Shown here: positions 11,170 to 21,354 of the stretch, one piece after another
Position numbering within the stretch: position 1 is the first letter of the stretch
Layout of the letters: each line of letters begins with the position of its first letter
Assembly (NCBI GenBank): GCA_036339735.1
Contig: JAYZAL010000036.1
Coordinates: 96,001-160,000 of the forward strand
DNA from: Candidatus Poribacteria bacterium
GTDB lineage: Bacteria; Poribacteria; WGA-4E; UBA9662
Direction of reading: 5' to 3'
Length of the DNA stretch: 64,000 bases
The notes under the pieces: generated by a model
Database searches by the model: none
What the model was told of the DNA's origin: nothing
The model's input: the letters and a program-made list of their open reading frames with translations, nothing else
Made by a program: the position numbers and the translations under genes

Positions 11170-11478
11170 ATGTATATCGCCAAAGTCATCGGCAAAATTG
11201 TCTCGCTAACGAAACATCCAGCATATCGCGGGCGGACACTTCTACTCGTTCAGCCTCTAAATCTCCTAGACGAGGTGGTCCGCAACCCAACAATTGCCGT
11301 TGACTACGTCGGTGCTGGCGAAGGAGACACAGTAATAATTGGGGCTGGACCAGGCGTAGCTCAGGAAGTTTTTGGTCTAGATAATGCTCCTATTAGAGAG
11401 CTCGTAATGGGCATTGTTGATCATTTTGATGTTGAAAGCGAAGTTTTGGATCAATATGAAGATCTTCCTCTGGCCTGA
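11170..11478 (+). CDS. EutN/CcmL family microcompartment vertex (BMC-P) protein
   Basis: MYIAKVIGKIVSLTKH, LLLVQP, AVDYVGAGEGDTV, MGIVD; acidic C-terminal tail. Confidence 0.92.
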   Translation: MYIAKVIGKIVSLTKHPAYRGRTLLLVQPLNLLDEVVRNPTIAVDYVGAGEGDTVIIGAGPGVAQEVFGLDNAPIRELVMGIVDHFDVESEVLDQYEDLPLA

Positions 11479-11490
11479 TAGCAAAACGTT

Positions 11491-12360
11491 ATGTTGATAC
11501 CTCTGAGGCATACTGATCTAGTATCGACCACTAAAACTTTGACTTCTTCTAGCCAAAGTTTTAGTGTATATTTTTTGATCGTAGTTAACCTGACCATTTT
11601 TGGTTGGCAGTTGCTAGCCCAACATATCTACGATTTTAGCCTAATCGAATTGGGAGCCGTAGTTCCCTTCGATTTCTTGGTATCCATCTCCGGTTTAAAA
11701 GAAAATGCCCCACGGTTAATATACGCTTTGTTTCTCCACGATATTCGTTTAGAAGGTAGATTCCTTCATCTGATTGGTAATATGTCGTATCTGCTGGCAT
11801 TTGGTCCTGATCTAGAGTTACGAGTTGGTCGGCTGAAATTTGTATTATTTTATTTATTGTCTGGCATTCTCTCAACAGTAGTGCACATCTGCTTCTACCC
11901 AGATTCCACTACTTACCTGATTGGTGCCAGTGGGGCTGTAGCAGGTATTATGGGCGCACACTTGGCAGTTTGCCGCGGCACAAAAATCCGAATTTTTCTG
12001 CTTGTAAAAGTTATTCCTATCCCAGCAGCAGCAATACTAATATCATGGATTGGCCTACAAATTGTAAATGCTTATCTGTCTCCAATACAATCGTCAACCG
12101 CTTGGGGAGTTCACGTCTCAGGTTTTGTTGTTGGCCTATTAATGGTTCAACTTTCTAGAACAAATCAAGCATCACATAAAACTAAAGAAGATAAGGAGTA
12201 TATTACTAACAACTATTCTTCATCGCCTTTTTCATCATCAAATACCAAATTCATTGAAGATGAAGCATCAGCAGTATTTCCACTATACCCTTTAGCACAA
12301 CCGTTGCGATCTATCACTACTAAAAAACAAAAGCGACAAAAAAGGAATAAAAAATGTTAG
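11491..12360 (+). CDS. Rhomboid family intramembrane serine protease
   Basis: HLIGNM, GASGA (catalytic Ser), AWGVHVSG (catalytic His). Confidence 0.9.
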   Translation: MLIPLRHTDLVSTTKTLTSSSQSFSVYFLIVVNLTIFGWQLLAQHIYDFSLIELGAVVPFDFLVSISGLKENAPRLIYALFLHDIRLEGRFLHLIGNMSYLLAFGPDLELRVGRLKFVLFYLLSGILSTVVHICFYPDSTTYLIGASGAVAGIMGAHLAVCRGTKIRIFLLVKVIPIPAAAILISWIGLQIVNAYLSPIQSSTAWGVHVSGFVVGLLMVQLSRTNQASHKTKEDKEYITNNYSSSPFSSSNTKFIEDEASAVFPLYPLAQPLRSITTKKQKRQKRNKKC

Positions 12361-12983
12361 ACCGAATTTTGCGTTATTTATCTTCGATGATTTTTGGATG
12401 GTTAACGCTCCTCGTTTTTACGACAACTGGTTGTGTAATTTCGCTATCAAGCCTCAGTACTCAATGGAGCAACAACCTTTTGGCAGACCCGGAATTAGAA
12501 ATTACTGATCCGAACTTAACTGATGGCAACCTAGAAACCGTAGCTTTATCAGTATCACGGCAAAAAAAAGATAAATCTCGATATTTTGTCATTAAATTTC
12601 CACGAACCCAATCCGTACATAAAATTGTCATTCACAATCAAAATTTACTGTTGTTTAAGGTCGAATATTTAGATCCAAAAAGTGAAAAATGGAAGGTAGC
12701 TCACTCGGTACGTACACGAAACTTCGATCGTGATGGTCGTCTGCAAACTAAATTTGTTATCGATCGACTCCGCTTAAACACAAAAATGATTCGTATTAAT
12801 GTCAACCGTACTATTGACGACCGTATTATTTCTAAAGTGGTTGTTGACCCTGATGACCATGTAGTTAACGTGATTCAGCGTAGTTTCGCTGGAAGATACG
12901 CCAAATTTTTTCGCGTATTAGATCCATCTCCGGCTGCCATTCGGGAAATTGAAGCCTATCAACTTCTCGAAAAATCCAGTTAG
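12354..12983 (+). CDS. Hypothetical exported/lipoprotein with discoidin-like features
   Basis: Signal peptide ending TTTGC; LTDGNLET and IREIEAY motifs typical of the ends of F5/8-like beta-sandwiches. Confidence 0.55.
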   Translation: MLDRILRYLSSMIFGWLTLLVFTTTGCVISLSSLSTQWSNNLLADPELEITDPNLTDGNLETVALSVSRQKKDKSRYFVIKFPRTQSVHKIVIHNQNLLLFKVEYLDPKSEKWKVAHSVRTRNFDRDGRLQTKFVIDRLRLNTKMIRINVNRTIDDRIISKVVVDPDDHVVNVIQRSFAGRYAKFFRVLDPSPAAIREIEAYQLLEKSS

Positions 12984-12985
12984 AG

Positions 12986-13015
12986 AAAGTTGCAATTTTT
13001 TCTAGTTGCAACTTT
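12986..13015. terminator. Inverted repeat between convergent transcription units
   Basis: AAAGTTGCAA-N10-TTGCAACTTT, 2 bp after the stop at 12983. Confidence 0.5.
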
Positions 13016-13373
13016 ACACGAAGCAAACAAATTCATTTGTCGGGGTTGCCAGCATTTTTACTTAATCTTATCTATTTCTTGACGTTACACGATAATTTTC
13101 TCTTTTTGTTCGGGACTACCAATCATGGTTGTATGACTTGTTCAGGTTATAGATTTTTCCATTACGAAGACTCATGCTTTAGGATTTATTTGTTTATTAC
13201 CAACTTTGAAAATTCTCTTTCTTCCAGTGGCTATCAACTATTCAAAATTCTTGCTCTTGATTCAGTCTGGAAGAGCCAAAATCACAGGATGTATTAACTG
13301 TTTACTGCACAAAAAAAGAGAACACGGCAGGTTTTTATAATCGACTACAGTCAATCTTGGGTTATAGATACAT

Positions 13374-13901
13374 TTAGGATTTGCTCAAATCCAAAACACA
13401 AATATCGGGTAAATTTCGATAAAGTTGATCATAGTCCAGACCGTAACCAACTACAAACTGATTTTCAATACTAAAACCAACATAATTGATTGATATAGGC
13501 TGTTGGCGACGGGACGGTTTGTCTAATAAGGAACAAAGTTTGATTCTGAAAGGAGAAAAACTCAAAAGGTAATCATACAAAACAGTGATTGATAATCCTG
13601 TATCGACAATGTCTTCAATCACTAAGATATCAGAGTTCCCAATATTATCCAACGAACTCGATATAATTTTCACACTACCACTTGAGTTCCTCCTAGATCC
13701 ATAACTCTCCAACTGAATAAACTCGCAGCTAAAAGGCAATGAAATTTGTCTAATTAGATCAGCAAAAAATACAAAGCTACCCCTCAGGATACAAACCAGT
13801 ACCAAATTTTGACATTCTGCATAATCAGCACTGATTTCCAAGCCAAGTTCCTCAACCCGTTGCTGAATTCTTCGATGGTCAATAAGCGGAGTCAACTTCA
13901 T
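13374..13901 (-). CDS. hpt: Hypoxanthine phosphoribosyltransferase
   Basis: ILRGS, VIEDIVDTG PRPP motif, FVVGYGLDY; overlaps the end of tilS. Confidence 0.96.
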   Translation of the reverse strand: MKLTPLIDHRRIQQRVEELGLEISADYAECQNLVLVCILRGSFVFFADLIRQISLPFSCEFIQLESYGSRRNSSGSVKIISSSLDNIGNSDILVIEDIVDTGLSITVLYDYLLSFSPFRIKLCSLLDKPSRRQQPISINYVGFSIENQFVVGYGLDYDQLYRNLPDICVLDLSKS

Positions 13902-15264
13902 AGTCAATTTTTAGCATACGTTCAGTAGATTCAGTTACACAGCCAATTTGGCTGGTACGGTAACCAATGATCCATAGGATTTTGTGTTTTTTGTCCACTA
14001 GAATTGGAATTTGATCTCTTAGATATTTCGGAACTTTTTGATCAATCAAAAAATCTTTTACTTTTTTCGAACCATTCAGTCCAAAAGGATGGAATCGGTC
14101 TCCCTCCTTACGATTTCGAATGAATAACGGAAGGTCAAGTTGATCCATGTCAAATACTGCCGAGAATCGTCCATCAGGTATAGATCGAATTCGGTCTTCT
14201 GAGAGCTGACTTACTAGGGTGCCTGTTGGTATATGGTTGTTATCATTTAACTGTAATTGTTTTTCAAACCATTGACTCTTGGGGGCTAAACGCTTCAAGC
14301 TAAATTCGTCGTAGCTGCGACGAAATAAAATCTGAGATGGCAAATAAATTTCAACATTCGGTCGATCGGCACTTAACAAATCGATCATTGAATGAACATG
14401 GGTAAAGTATAAATCTTTTTTATGACCAACTATTTGAAAGTAGATCAACCTGATCAGTCTTCTCTGTAAAGCAAGATGTAATCTGATAAAAGATAAGCGG
14501 TCGAACTTATACTGACCGATCTGACATTTTAAAAGAGCATCCTGGGTTTGACGATGTAAAAAATCTTCATCAGTCTGAATCAGGTTAGCTGTGTTTGATA
14601 GTATGTTGGGAATATTTGGGTTGTAATCACGAGACAAAATTGGTAGAAGTTCATGTCGAATGCGATTACGTAGAAACCGATAATCCTCATTGGATTCATC
14701 TTGACAGGCCTCAATTTTTTTCTTTCTCAGATATTTTTTGATTTCGGGACGCCGAAGACATAAAAGAGGACGTACATAGCGTCCATCTCGGACGGGTAAC
14801 ATTCCACCCAAACCTGTTCCACCAGCGCCACGTAACAACTTTAATAACACTGTCTCAGCCTGATCATCAATGTGATGGCCTAAAGCAATTTTTTCGGCTT
14901 TCAGTCTATCAGCTACTCGATCCAAAAATTGGTAACGCCAATATCGTAAATTGGCTTCCACGGACGTGGATTCAGTTGTTAAAGAATCTATAGGTGGTAA
15001 ATTTTCTACTGTATAGGGGAGACCAAGAGAGCTAGCCTGCTGTGCGACGTAATCAGCTTCATTGATCGAACTAGTTCTTAGGCCATGATTAAAATGAGCA
15101 ACGTGAAGATCAAAAGCTAGAATCCGATGAAGATCAAATAAAAGATGTAGGAGAGCTAAAGAGTCAGCCCCACCAGAAACAGCAACAACAACTGTCTCAT
15201 GAGCGTGAATTATATCGTGGGAACCAATGAAGCGACGAACGGTTCTCAGGGTCGGGTTTGTCAT
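13879..15264 (-). CDS. tilS: tRNA(Ile)-lysidine synthetase
   Basis: SGGADS PP-loop, GHHIDDQAET, RPLL, DESN, RNRIRH, C-terminal domain with KKVKDFLID. Confidence 0.96.
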   Translation of the reverse strand: MTNPTLRTVRRFIGSHDIIHAHETVVVAVSGGADSLALLHLLFDLHRILAFDLHVAHFNHGLRTSSINEADYVAQQASSLGLPYTVENLPPIDSLTTESTSVEANLRYWRYQFLDRVADRLKAEKIALGHHIDDQAETVLLKLLRGAGGTGLGGMLPVRDGRYVRPLLCLRRPEIKKYLRKKKIEACQDESNEDYRFLRNRIRHELLPILSRDYNPNIPNILSNTANLIQTDEDFLHRQTQDALLKCQIGQYKFDRLSFIRLHLALQRRLIRLIYFQIVGHKKDLYFTHVHSMIDLLSADRPNVEIYLPSQILFRRSYDEFSLKRLAPKSQWFEKQLQLNDNNHIPTGTLVSQLSEDRIRSIPDGRFSAVFDMDQLDLPLFIRNRKEGDRFHPFGLNGSKKVKDFLIDQKVPKYLRDQIPILVDKKHKILWIIGYRTSQIGCVTESTERMLKIDYEVDSAY

Positions 15265-15275
15265 TGGGAACTAAA

Positions 15276-15349
15276 TGCCGGTGTCGAGACTTGAACTCGA
15301 AACCTTACGATTATGAGTCGTACGCTCTAACCAGTTGAGCTACACCGGC
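15276..15349 (-). tRNA. tRNA with CAT anticodon (elongator Met, or Ile2)
   Basis: GCCGGTGTAGCTCAACTGGTTAGAGCGTACGACTCATAATCGTAAGGTTTCGAGTTCAAGTCTCGACACCGGCA forms a cloverleaf; no encoded CCA. Confidence 0.93.
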
Positions 15350-15381
15350 AAAATAAAAGGGAGTTACTAATGAACTCCCTT
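15350..15381 (-). terminator. Intrinsic-terminator-like hairpin between the two CAT tRNAs
   Basis: Minus strand AAGGGAGTT-CATTAGT-AACTCCCTT followed by TTATTTT. Confidence 0.55.
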
Positions 15382-15388
15382 AATATAA

Positions 15389-15461
<73 letters not shown>

Positions 15462-15485
15462 ACAAGACCAATCTGATTTAGATGA

Positions 15486-15572
15486 TGGGCGAGAAGGGAC
15501 TTGAACCCTTACGATCGTTAAATGATCGACGGATTTTAAGTCCGTTGTGTCTACCAATTCCACCACTCGCCC
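15486..15572 (-). tRNA. tRNA-Leu(TAA)
   Basis: GGGCGAGTGGTGGAATTGGTAGACACAACGGACTTAAAATCCGT...GGGTTCAAGTCCCTTCTCGCCCA; long variable arm. Confidence 0.95.
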
Positions 15573-15625
15573 AGCAGGCTGGAACTCAGACTCTGTCTAA
15601 TTCCACCGGGGAATTGACAGGTCGA

Positions 15626-15655
15626 ATTTTAAATTATTGACACCGACGATGTCAA
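15626..15655 (-). promoter_or_regulatory. Candidate sigma70 promoter of the tRNA-tilS-hpt unit
   Basis: TTGACA-N18-TAAAAT on the minus strand; the -35 is part of the palindrome TTGACA-N7-TGTCAA (15637-15655). Confidence 0.55.
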
Positions 15656-15705
15656 GTATTTTTTCTTTTCCTAAATTTATAGAGTTATTATTTCTGTGCC
15701 TACAG

Positions 15706-16836
15706 TCATTCAACCAAGTCATCAAGATAGAGTCGTTTGCCTCCTTGAAGATGAGATTGGTTCGCCCCCAAAACGGTGGCTAAGCTATTCATACTATCAG
15801 AAAAGCTACTTTTTAGTATCTTTTGATCATTTTTCTGTATGGCATAAATAAAAGCTCGGTTGATAAGTTCATCGGGACTAACTCCCGTTTTAGTAGGTAA
15901 AACATGTCGAGGGTTTTGTGGATCGCCATGATATACTACGGCGTCTCGCCCTTCGAATTTCATGTGGCCATTAGTCCATAAAATACTATTATAGCTATCA
16001 GAATAGGAAACTTGTCTTAGTCTAGACATTAACAGATTTCCTACAGCACCTGATTTAAACCCAAAGGTTACCTGGTATGCATAAGGATTATCCCCCCCAT
16101 TCAGAATATCCACCGAATCTCGCTCCACATAATTAGCAGAAACCCAGTCAATATCCCCACCCCAATAACGCATCAGGTCTACCTGGTGAATACCAGCTTC
16201 AACTATCGTAGAGCCAGACCACTCAAAATTGGCGGCCCAGACCCGGTTGCTTGGCCCTCCAAGATTTTCAGTAGGTGTATGCTTGACGGAATGACCTTCT
16301 AGAGTGCTATTGTGAATCATCGTCATCATCACCAATTTTTTATTTTGAAGAAAAATTTGGGCGGCTTGATATCGTGGGTCATAACGTTGCTGAAAACCAA
16401 CAGTTGAAATTACACCACTTTCCCTGATAGCCTTTTCCATCTGAATAGCCTGATCTAGAGATAGACTCATTGGTTTTTCAGTAAAAATATGCAATCCAGA
16501 AGTAGCAGCCGCCACAATTTCACCTTGATGTACCCCTGGTGGTAAAGCAAAATAGATGGCGTCTACCTGATTTTCTGTTGACATTAGTTCCAAAACAGAT
16601 AAGAAATCAGTTGAAACATGAATATCATCAAGTGAAAAATTATCTACATATTGACAAATTTTTTGAGCAGTTAAATTTTTTTGATGAGCATCAACTAAAG
16701 CTGTGATTTGAACAAGGCTTTCAGATTGAAGTTTCCACAATAAGCTAAGATGTTGTAAGCCGCGCTGTCCCAATCCCACTATGGCTATTCGGACGGGAGT
16801 CGTTTGAATAGCCATAGTTGATTTTTCTGAAGCCAT
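15706..16836 (-). CDS. Gfo/Idh/MocA family oxidoreductase
   Basis: IVGLGQRG, IFTEKP, VGFQQRY, EAGIHQVD. Confidence 0.9.
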   Translation of the reverse strand: MASEKSTMAIQTTPVRIAIVGLGQRGLQHLSLLWKLQSESLVQITALVDAHQKNLTAQKICQYVDNFSLDDIHVSTDFLSVLELMSTENQVDAIYFALPPGVHQGEIVAAATSGLHIFTEKPMSLSLDQAIQMEKAIRESGVISTVGFQQRYDPRYQAAQIFLQNKKLVMMTMIHNSTLEGHSVKHTPTENLGGPSNRVWAANFEWSGSTIVEAGIHQVDLMRYWGGDIDWVSANYVERDSVDILNGGDNPYAYQVTFGFKSGAVGNLLMSRLRQVSYSDSYNSILWTNGHMKFEGRDAVVYHGDPQNPRHVLPTKTGVSPDELINRAFIYAIQKNDQKILKSSFSDSMNSLATVLGANQSHLQGGKRLYLDDLVE

Positions 16837-16955
16837 TTTCTCATTATAGTTAGATTATGGTTTTTTGACAAATCATATTGAAATATAAGGGAGAGAAACC
16901 TAGAACATATTATCATCGTTCCTTGATTGACAATTATAAACAGGAGAAATAATCG

Positions 16956-17807
16956 ATGCAAGATCAGATAGAAATTTTGCTGTGGCCTACAGGCTTACCA
17001 ACCGGTGCGCGAACTATCCCTACCAGACAAATTGAAAAACTGAGAGACGAAGAAACCGATGAACACTTGACATTCGTTGACGAACCAACACTGACAGTAT
17101 ATTTCGCTCCTGAGGAGAAAAACAATGGTTGTTGCGTAATTATTTGTCCCGGTGGTGGCTATAATATTTTAGCTTGGCCGAAAGAAGGTATCGAATTGGC
17201 TGAATGGTTTAACAATTTTGGAGTCACTGCTGTAGTATTAAAATACCGTGTACCCCGCCGAAATCCTGACAAACCACACTGGGAACCGTTGCAAGATGGG
17301 CAAAGAGCGATGCGCATAGTGCGGCAAAACGCGAGTCAGTGGAATATTGATATCAGTCGAATTGGCCTACTCGGTTTTTCTGCTGGAGGCCATCTTGCTT
17401 TGATGGTTGGAACTCAACATGGTATGGATAGCTATAACCAAGTTGATTCTGCAGATATTCTTAGTTCGCGCCCTGATTTTCTATGTCCTATCTATGCAGC
17501 CTATCTAGGTCCCAATTACCGAGATGATATACCAGAGCTCGGTGATTTAGTCAAAATTGACAGCGATACGCCACCCACATTTATGTCTGTTACTTTGGAT
17601 GACGACTATCGAGGAGTACAAGCCGGATTGCTAATGGGTGAATTCAAACGTGCAGATGTTGCAGCAGAAGCTCATATTTACGCAATTGGTGGTCATGGAT
17701 ACGGAATTCGCCCTTCTGTTAACCCAGTTTCAAATTGGCACTGGCGTCTGAAGGAATGGATGAAAGCACAAGGATTTCTGCAGGCATCTGCCATTAGCTC
17801 AAAATAA
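16956..17807 (+). CDS. Alpha/beta hydrolase (carbohydrate esterase-like)
   Basis: CPGGGY, GFSAGGHL, GGHGYG; AGGAG RBS. Confidence 0.88.
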   Translation: MQDQIEILLWPTGLPTGARTIPTRQIEKLRDEETDEHLTFVDEPTLTVYFAPEEKNNGCCVIICPGGGYNILAWPKEGIELAEWFNNFGVTAVVLKYRVPRRNPDKPHWEPLQDGQRAMRIVRQNASQWNIDISRIGLLGFSAGGHLALMVGTQHGMDSYNQVDSADILSSRPDFLCPIYAAYLGPNYRDDIPELGDLVKIDSDTPPTFMSVTLDDDYRGVQAGLLMGEFKRADVAAEAHIYAIGGHGYGIRPSVNPVSNWHWRLKEWMKAQGFLQASAISSK

Positions 17808-17809
17808 AG

Positions 17810-19696
17810 ATGTCGTCCCGTATTCGTTGGCTTACAGTCATTCTGATTGTTATTGCAGTACCAGTCAACTGCTGGTGGGTAACCGCTTCACTCGTTTATG
17901 GTGGATCTAGTCCCACACAGATTTCGCTTTATTTTAATGCTATATTCTCGCTGTTAGTCTTAATTACAATCAATGGCTTAGTCAATTGGTTCCGACCAGA
18001 CCAACGAATTTTTAATCGAGCTGAACTCCTAACGATTTACACCTGTATTTCAGTTAGTTCTGGTTTAGCTGGTGTCGACCGAATGATGGTTTTAGCCCCA
18101 TTAATTGGGCACGCTCATTGGTTTGCAAGTCCTGAAAACGACTGGGCTAGTTTGTTTCATCATTATATTCCCTCTTGGCTTTCGATTAGCAACAAACATA
18201 TTCTGGAAGGTTACTACAAAGGGTTCTCTGATTTTTACATCTGGCCTAATTTGGTGGCTTGGTTCCCAATAGTATTCTGGTGGAGTTTGTTTCTACTAGT
18301 ACTACATCTGGTTATGTTGTGTATCAATGTTATCCTTCGCAAGCAGTGGGTCGAATCGGAAAAACTCAGCTATCCTATCATACAATTGCCAATAGAAATG
18401 AGTAACCGTAGATTTTTCAAGTTGGGCTGGATGTGGATTGGTTTGGTTTTTGGTTTGACTATCAATTTGATTAATGGTCTTAATTTTTTGTTTCCTCATG
18501 TTCCAAGTTTAGGTGGTAAGCTTTATGATTTGGGACAGGTGTTTACAGAAAGACCCTGGAATGCTATTGGTTGGAGTCCAATTGCAGTGTTTCCTTTTGG
18601 TGTGGGGTTATCATTTTTTATTCCTCTGGATTTGTCATTTTCATGTTGGGTTTTTTGGCTGATTTGGCGACTCGAGCGTGTTACAGGAGCGATGATGGGC
18701 TGGAAGAGTCTACCTCGTTTCCCATATGAACCTGAACAGTCACACGGAGCATATATCGGTTTGTGTGTTTTTGCCATCTGGATGAGCAGACACCATTTGA
18801 AAAGAGTCCTTCTGTCCTGCTTTAAACCAGATAATGTTTTAGTGAGGCACCAAAACATACCAGTCAACTCATATAAAATAGCTCTCAGTGGATTAATATT
18901 TGGTGGCGTTTTCATTGTCATATTTTGTCTAAAAATGCAGATGTCGATTGGTATTATCCTCTTTTTCTTTGCCATTTGGTTTTCTATTGGAGTTGCCATT
19001 ACCCGACTGAGGGCAGAATTAGGTTCTCCTGTTCATGATTTACATTTTATTGGTCCAGACGAAATTTTGCCTAGTCTGATTGGGACTCGTCGCATTGGAG
19101 CCAGTAATTTAGTGAGTTTTTCATACCTATACGTTTTGAACCGAGCACACCGTTCTCATGCCATGCCACATCAATTGGAGGGGTTCAAAATCGCCGAGAT
19201 TGTACGTACTCCCCTAATCCATTTAGTAATATTAATGTCCTTAGCTTCGTTACTAGGTGTAGTAGCTTCTTTTGTGTTTTTTCTTACTTCTTCTTATAAA
19301 ATTGGAGCTAAGATTTGGTTTGCTAACGAATCTTTCCGAAGATTGGAAGGATGGCTAACGACTATGCCTTCGGCCGACTTTCCTGCTATTGTCTTCGTCT
19401 CTTTTGGTTTTATTGGAACAATTTTATTGTCACTACTAAGAATGAGATTTTTATGGTGGAATTTACATCCTGTCGGATACGCTATATCCGGTAGTTGGGC
19501 AATAAATCCAATGATCGGGTCTATTTTCGTAGGTTGGTTATTCAAATGGATTGTATTGAAGTATGGAGGAAAACGCTGGCATTCTGCAGCCGTTCCTCTT
19601 TTTCTAGGTGTTATCTTAGGTGAATTTTTAGGTGGTACTCTATGGAGTATATTAGGAATTGCTAAACAAAAGCCAATGTACCGATTCCAATTCTAA
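17810..19696 (+). CDS. Polytopic membrane protein, DUF6785/DUF6784-like
   Basis: Many TM helices; RAELLTIY, RKQWVESEKLSYP, LHPVGY, KYGG...PLFLGVILGE. Confidence 0.7.
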   Translation: MSSRIRWLTVILIVIAVPVNCWWVTASLVYGGSSPTQISLYFNAIFSLLVLITINGLVNWFRPDQRIFNRAELLTIYTCISVSSGLAGVDRMMVLAPLIGHAHWFASPENDWASLFHHYIPSWLSISNKHILEGYYKGFSDFYIWPNLVAWFPIVFWWSLFLLVLHLVMLCINVILRKQWVESEKLSYPIIQLPIEMSNRRFFKLGWMWIGLVFGLTINLINGLNFLFPHVPSLGGKLYDLGQVFTERPWNAIGWSPIAVFPFGVGLSFFIPLDLSFSCWVFWLIWRLERVTGAMMGWKSLPRFPYEPEQSHGAYIGLCVFAIWMSRHHLKRVLLSCFKPDNVLVRHQNIPVNSYKIALSGLIFGGVFIVIFCLKMQMSIGIILFFFAIWFSIGVAITRLRAELGSPVHDLHFIGPDEILPSLIGTRRIGASNLVSFSYLYVLNRAHRSHAMPHQLEGFKIAEIVRTPLIHLVILMSLASLLGVVASFVFFLTSSYKIGAKIWFANESFRRLEGWLTTMPSADFPAIVFVSFGFIGTILLSLLRMRFLWWNLHPVGYAISGSWAINPMIGSIFVGWLFKWIVLKYGGKRWHSAAVPLFLGVILGEFLGGTLWSILGIAKQKPMYRFQF

Positions 19697-19697
19697 T

Positions 19698-21353
19698 GTG
19701 AAATACCTTTTTCATGTAATGGCGATTTCTGGTTTATTAATATGCTTTATTAGTACTGGCCTATGCGAAATAGAAAAATCAACGGTCATTTTTACTGATG
19801 TCACCCAAACAGCAGGTTTGGAGTTCAAACATCATAATGCCAAGAGTACAAATAGGCATATTTTTGAAACGATGGGATCTGGTGCTTGTTTTCTAGACTA
19901 CAATAATGATGGGTTTTTGGACATATACTTGATCCAAAGTGGTAAGCCAAATACTCTTGACCAAAATTTGGCCAATCAACTGTACCAAAATAATACTGAT
20001 GGAACATTTACTAATGTTACGAGTCAATCAGGCATTGGAGACAGAAGTTGTGGAATGGGAGTGGCCGTAGGAGACTTTGATAATGATGGGTGGAGTGATA
20101 TTTATGTTTCAAACTTCGGAGCTAATATACTATACCGAAATCAAGGGGATGGGACTTTTAAAGATGTAACTAAATCTGCACAAGTTGGCAATAATGATTG
20201 GAGTTGTAGTTGTGCTTTTTTTGATTACGACTTAGATGGTGATCTTGATCTATACGTGGTTAATTACATTATCTATGACACATCATTGGAAACGTGTACT
20301 AATCGTAAAACAGGTGAAATCGAATATTGCCACCCTCGTAATTTTCGGCCGGCCAAAGACATACTTTATAGAAATAATGGAGACAGCACCTTTACCGACG
20401 TCAGTAAAGCTGCTGGCGCTTATGCTTCAATACCTTGCCGAGGTTTAGGAATAGCAGTTGCCGATATTGATCATAACGGTTATCCTGATCTTTACATAGC
20501 TAATGATACAGACCAAAATTTTTTATATCTCAATCGAAAAGGCGAATTTCGCGATATTGCCTTCGTATCTGGAACGGCTCTAAATAAAGAGGGAGTACGT
20601 GAAGGAGGAATGGGAGTCGACATTGCTGATTATAATGGAGATGGGTGGCCTGATATATTTGTAACCAACACTGAGACGAATACCCTGTACCGTAGCCATG
20701 GAGATGGTACGTTTACTGATGTCAGCGATGACAGTGGTTTGGGTGGTATTACAGCTGACTTAGTCGGTTTTGGCACGCAATTCCTGGATTATGACAATGA
20801 CGGTGATCTAGACATTTTTGTTGCCAATGGTGAAGTGCAAGACAAAATAGATCGCGAGTCTGGTCGATCAATCTATCCACAAAGAGACCAGCTTTATCGA
20901 AAAAATGCAGATAACACCTATACAGAGGTTTCAACTGGTTCTGGAGATTACTTTTCACGTCAGTATGTTGGTCGAGGTGTAGCATTTGGTGATTACGATA
21001 ATGATGGGGACACAGACCTTCTGGTAACAAATTGCAATCAAAAACCGGTTTTGCTAAGAAATGATGGTGGTAACCGAAAGAACTGGTTGTCGATCAAACT
21101 AGTTGGTCAAAAAAGTAACCGATCTGCTATTGGAGCACGTGTTCTGTTGACGTGCAAAAATCGTGTTCAGTTGGCTGAGGTAAGAAGTACGGCCAGCTAC
21201 TTATCATCTCATGACCGACGAATCATATTCGGTTTAGACCAAAATTATCGCGTTCACAAACTCGACATTTTTTGGCCTAGTGGTATTCAACAAACAAGAC
21301 GGAACCTGTCGGTTAATCAATTACTCAAAATTGTGGAACCTCTGGAGGAGTGA
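19698..21353 (+). CDS. CRTAC1-family FG-GAP repeat protein with C-terminal ASPIC/UnbV domain
   Basis: Repeated DYxNDGxxD and LYRNxGDGTFTDV; SNRSAIGARV, SYLSSHD, FGL, WPSG; start uncertain. Confidence 0.9.
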   Translation: MKYLFHVMAISGLLICFISTGLCEIEKSTVIFTDVTQTAGLEFKHHNAKSTNRHIFETMGSGACFLDYNNDGFLDIYLIQSGKPNTLDQNLANQLYQNNTDGTFTNVTSQSGIGDRSCGMGVAVGDFDNDGWSDIYVSNFGANILYRNQGDGTFKDVTKSAQVGNNDWSCSCAFFDYDLDGDLDLYVVNYIIYDTSLETCTNRKTGEIEYCHPRNFRPAKDILYRNNGDSTFTDVSKAAGAYASIPCRGLGIAVADIDHNGYPDLYIANDTDQNFLYLNRKGEFRDIAFVSGTALNKEGVREGGMGVDIADYNGDGWPDIFVTNTETNTLYRSHGDGTFTDVSDDSGLGGITADLVGFGTQFLDYDNDGDLDIFVANGEVQDKIDRESGRSIYPQRDQLYRKNADNTYTEVSTGSGDYFSRQYVGRGVAFGDYDNDGDTDLLVTNCNQKPVLLRNDGGNRKNWLSIKLVGQKSNRSAIGARVLLTCKNRVQLAEVRSTASYLSSHDRRIIFGLDQNYRVHKLDIFWPSGIQQTRRNLSVNQLLKIVEPLEE

Positions 21354-21354
21354 G

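Noticed and set aside
13037-13297. 86-aa ORF, or an ftsH remnant downstream of hpt
   Set aside because: TTG start without RBS and no motifs; minus-strand frames have multiple stops and no FtsH similarity
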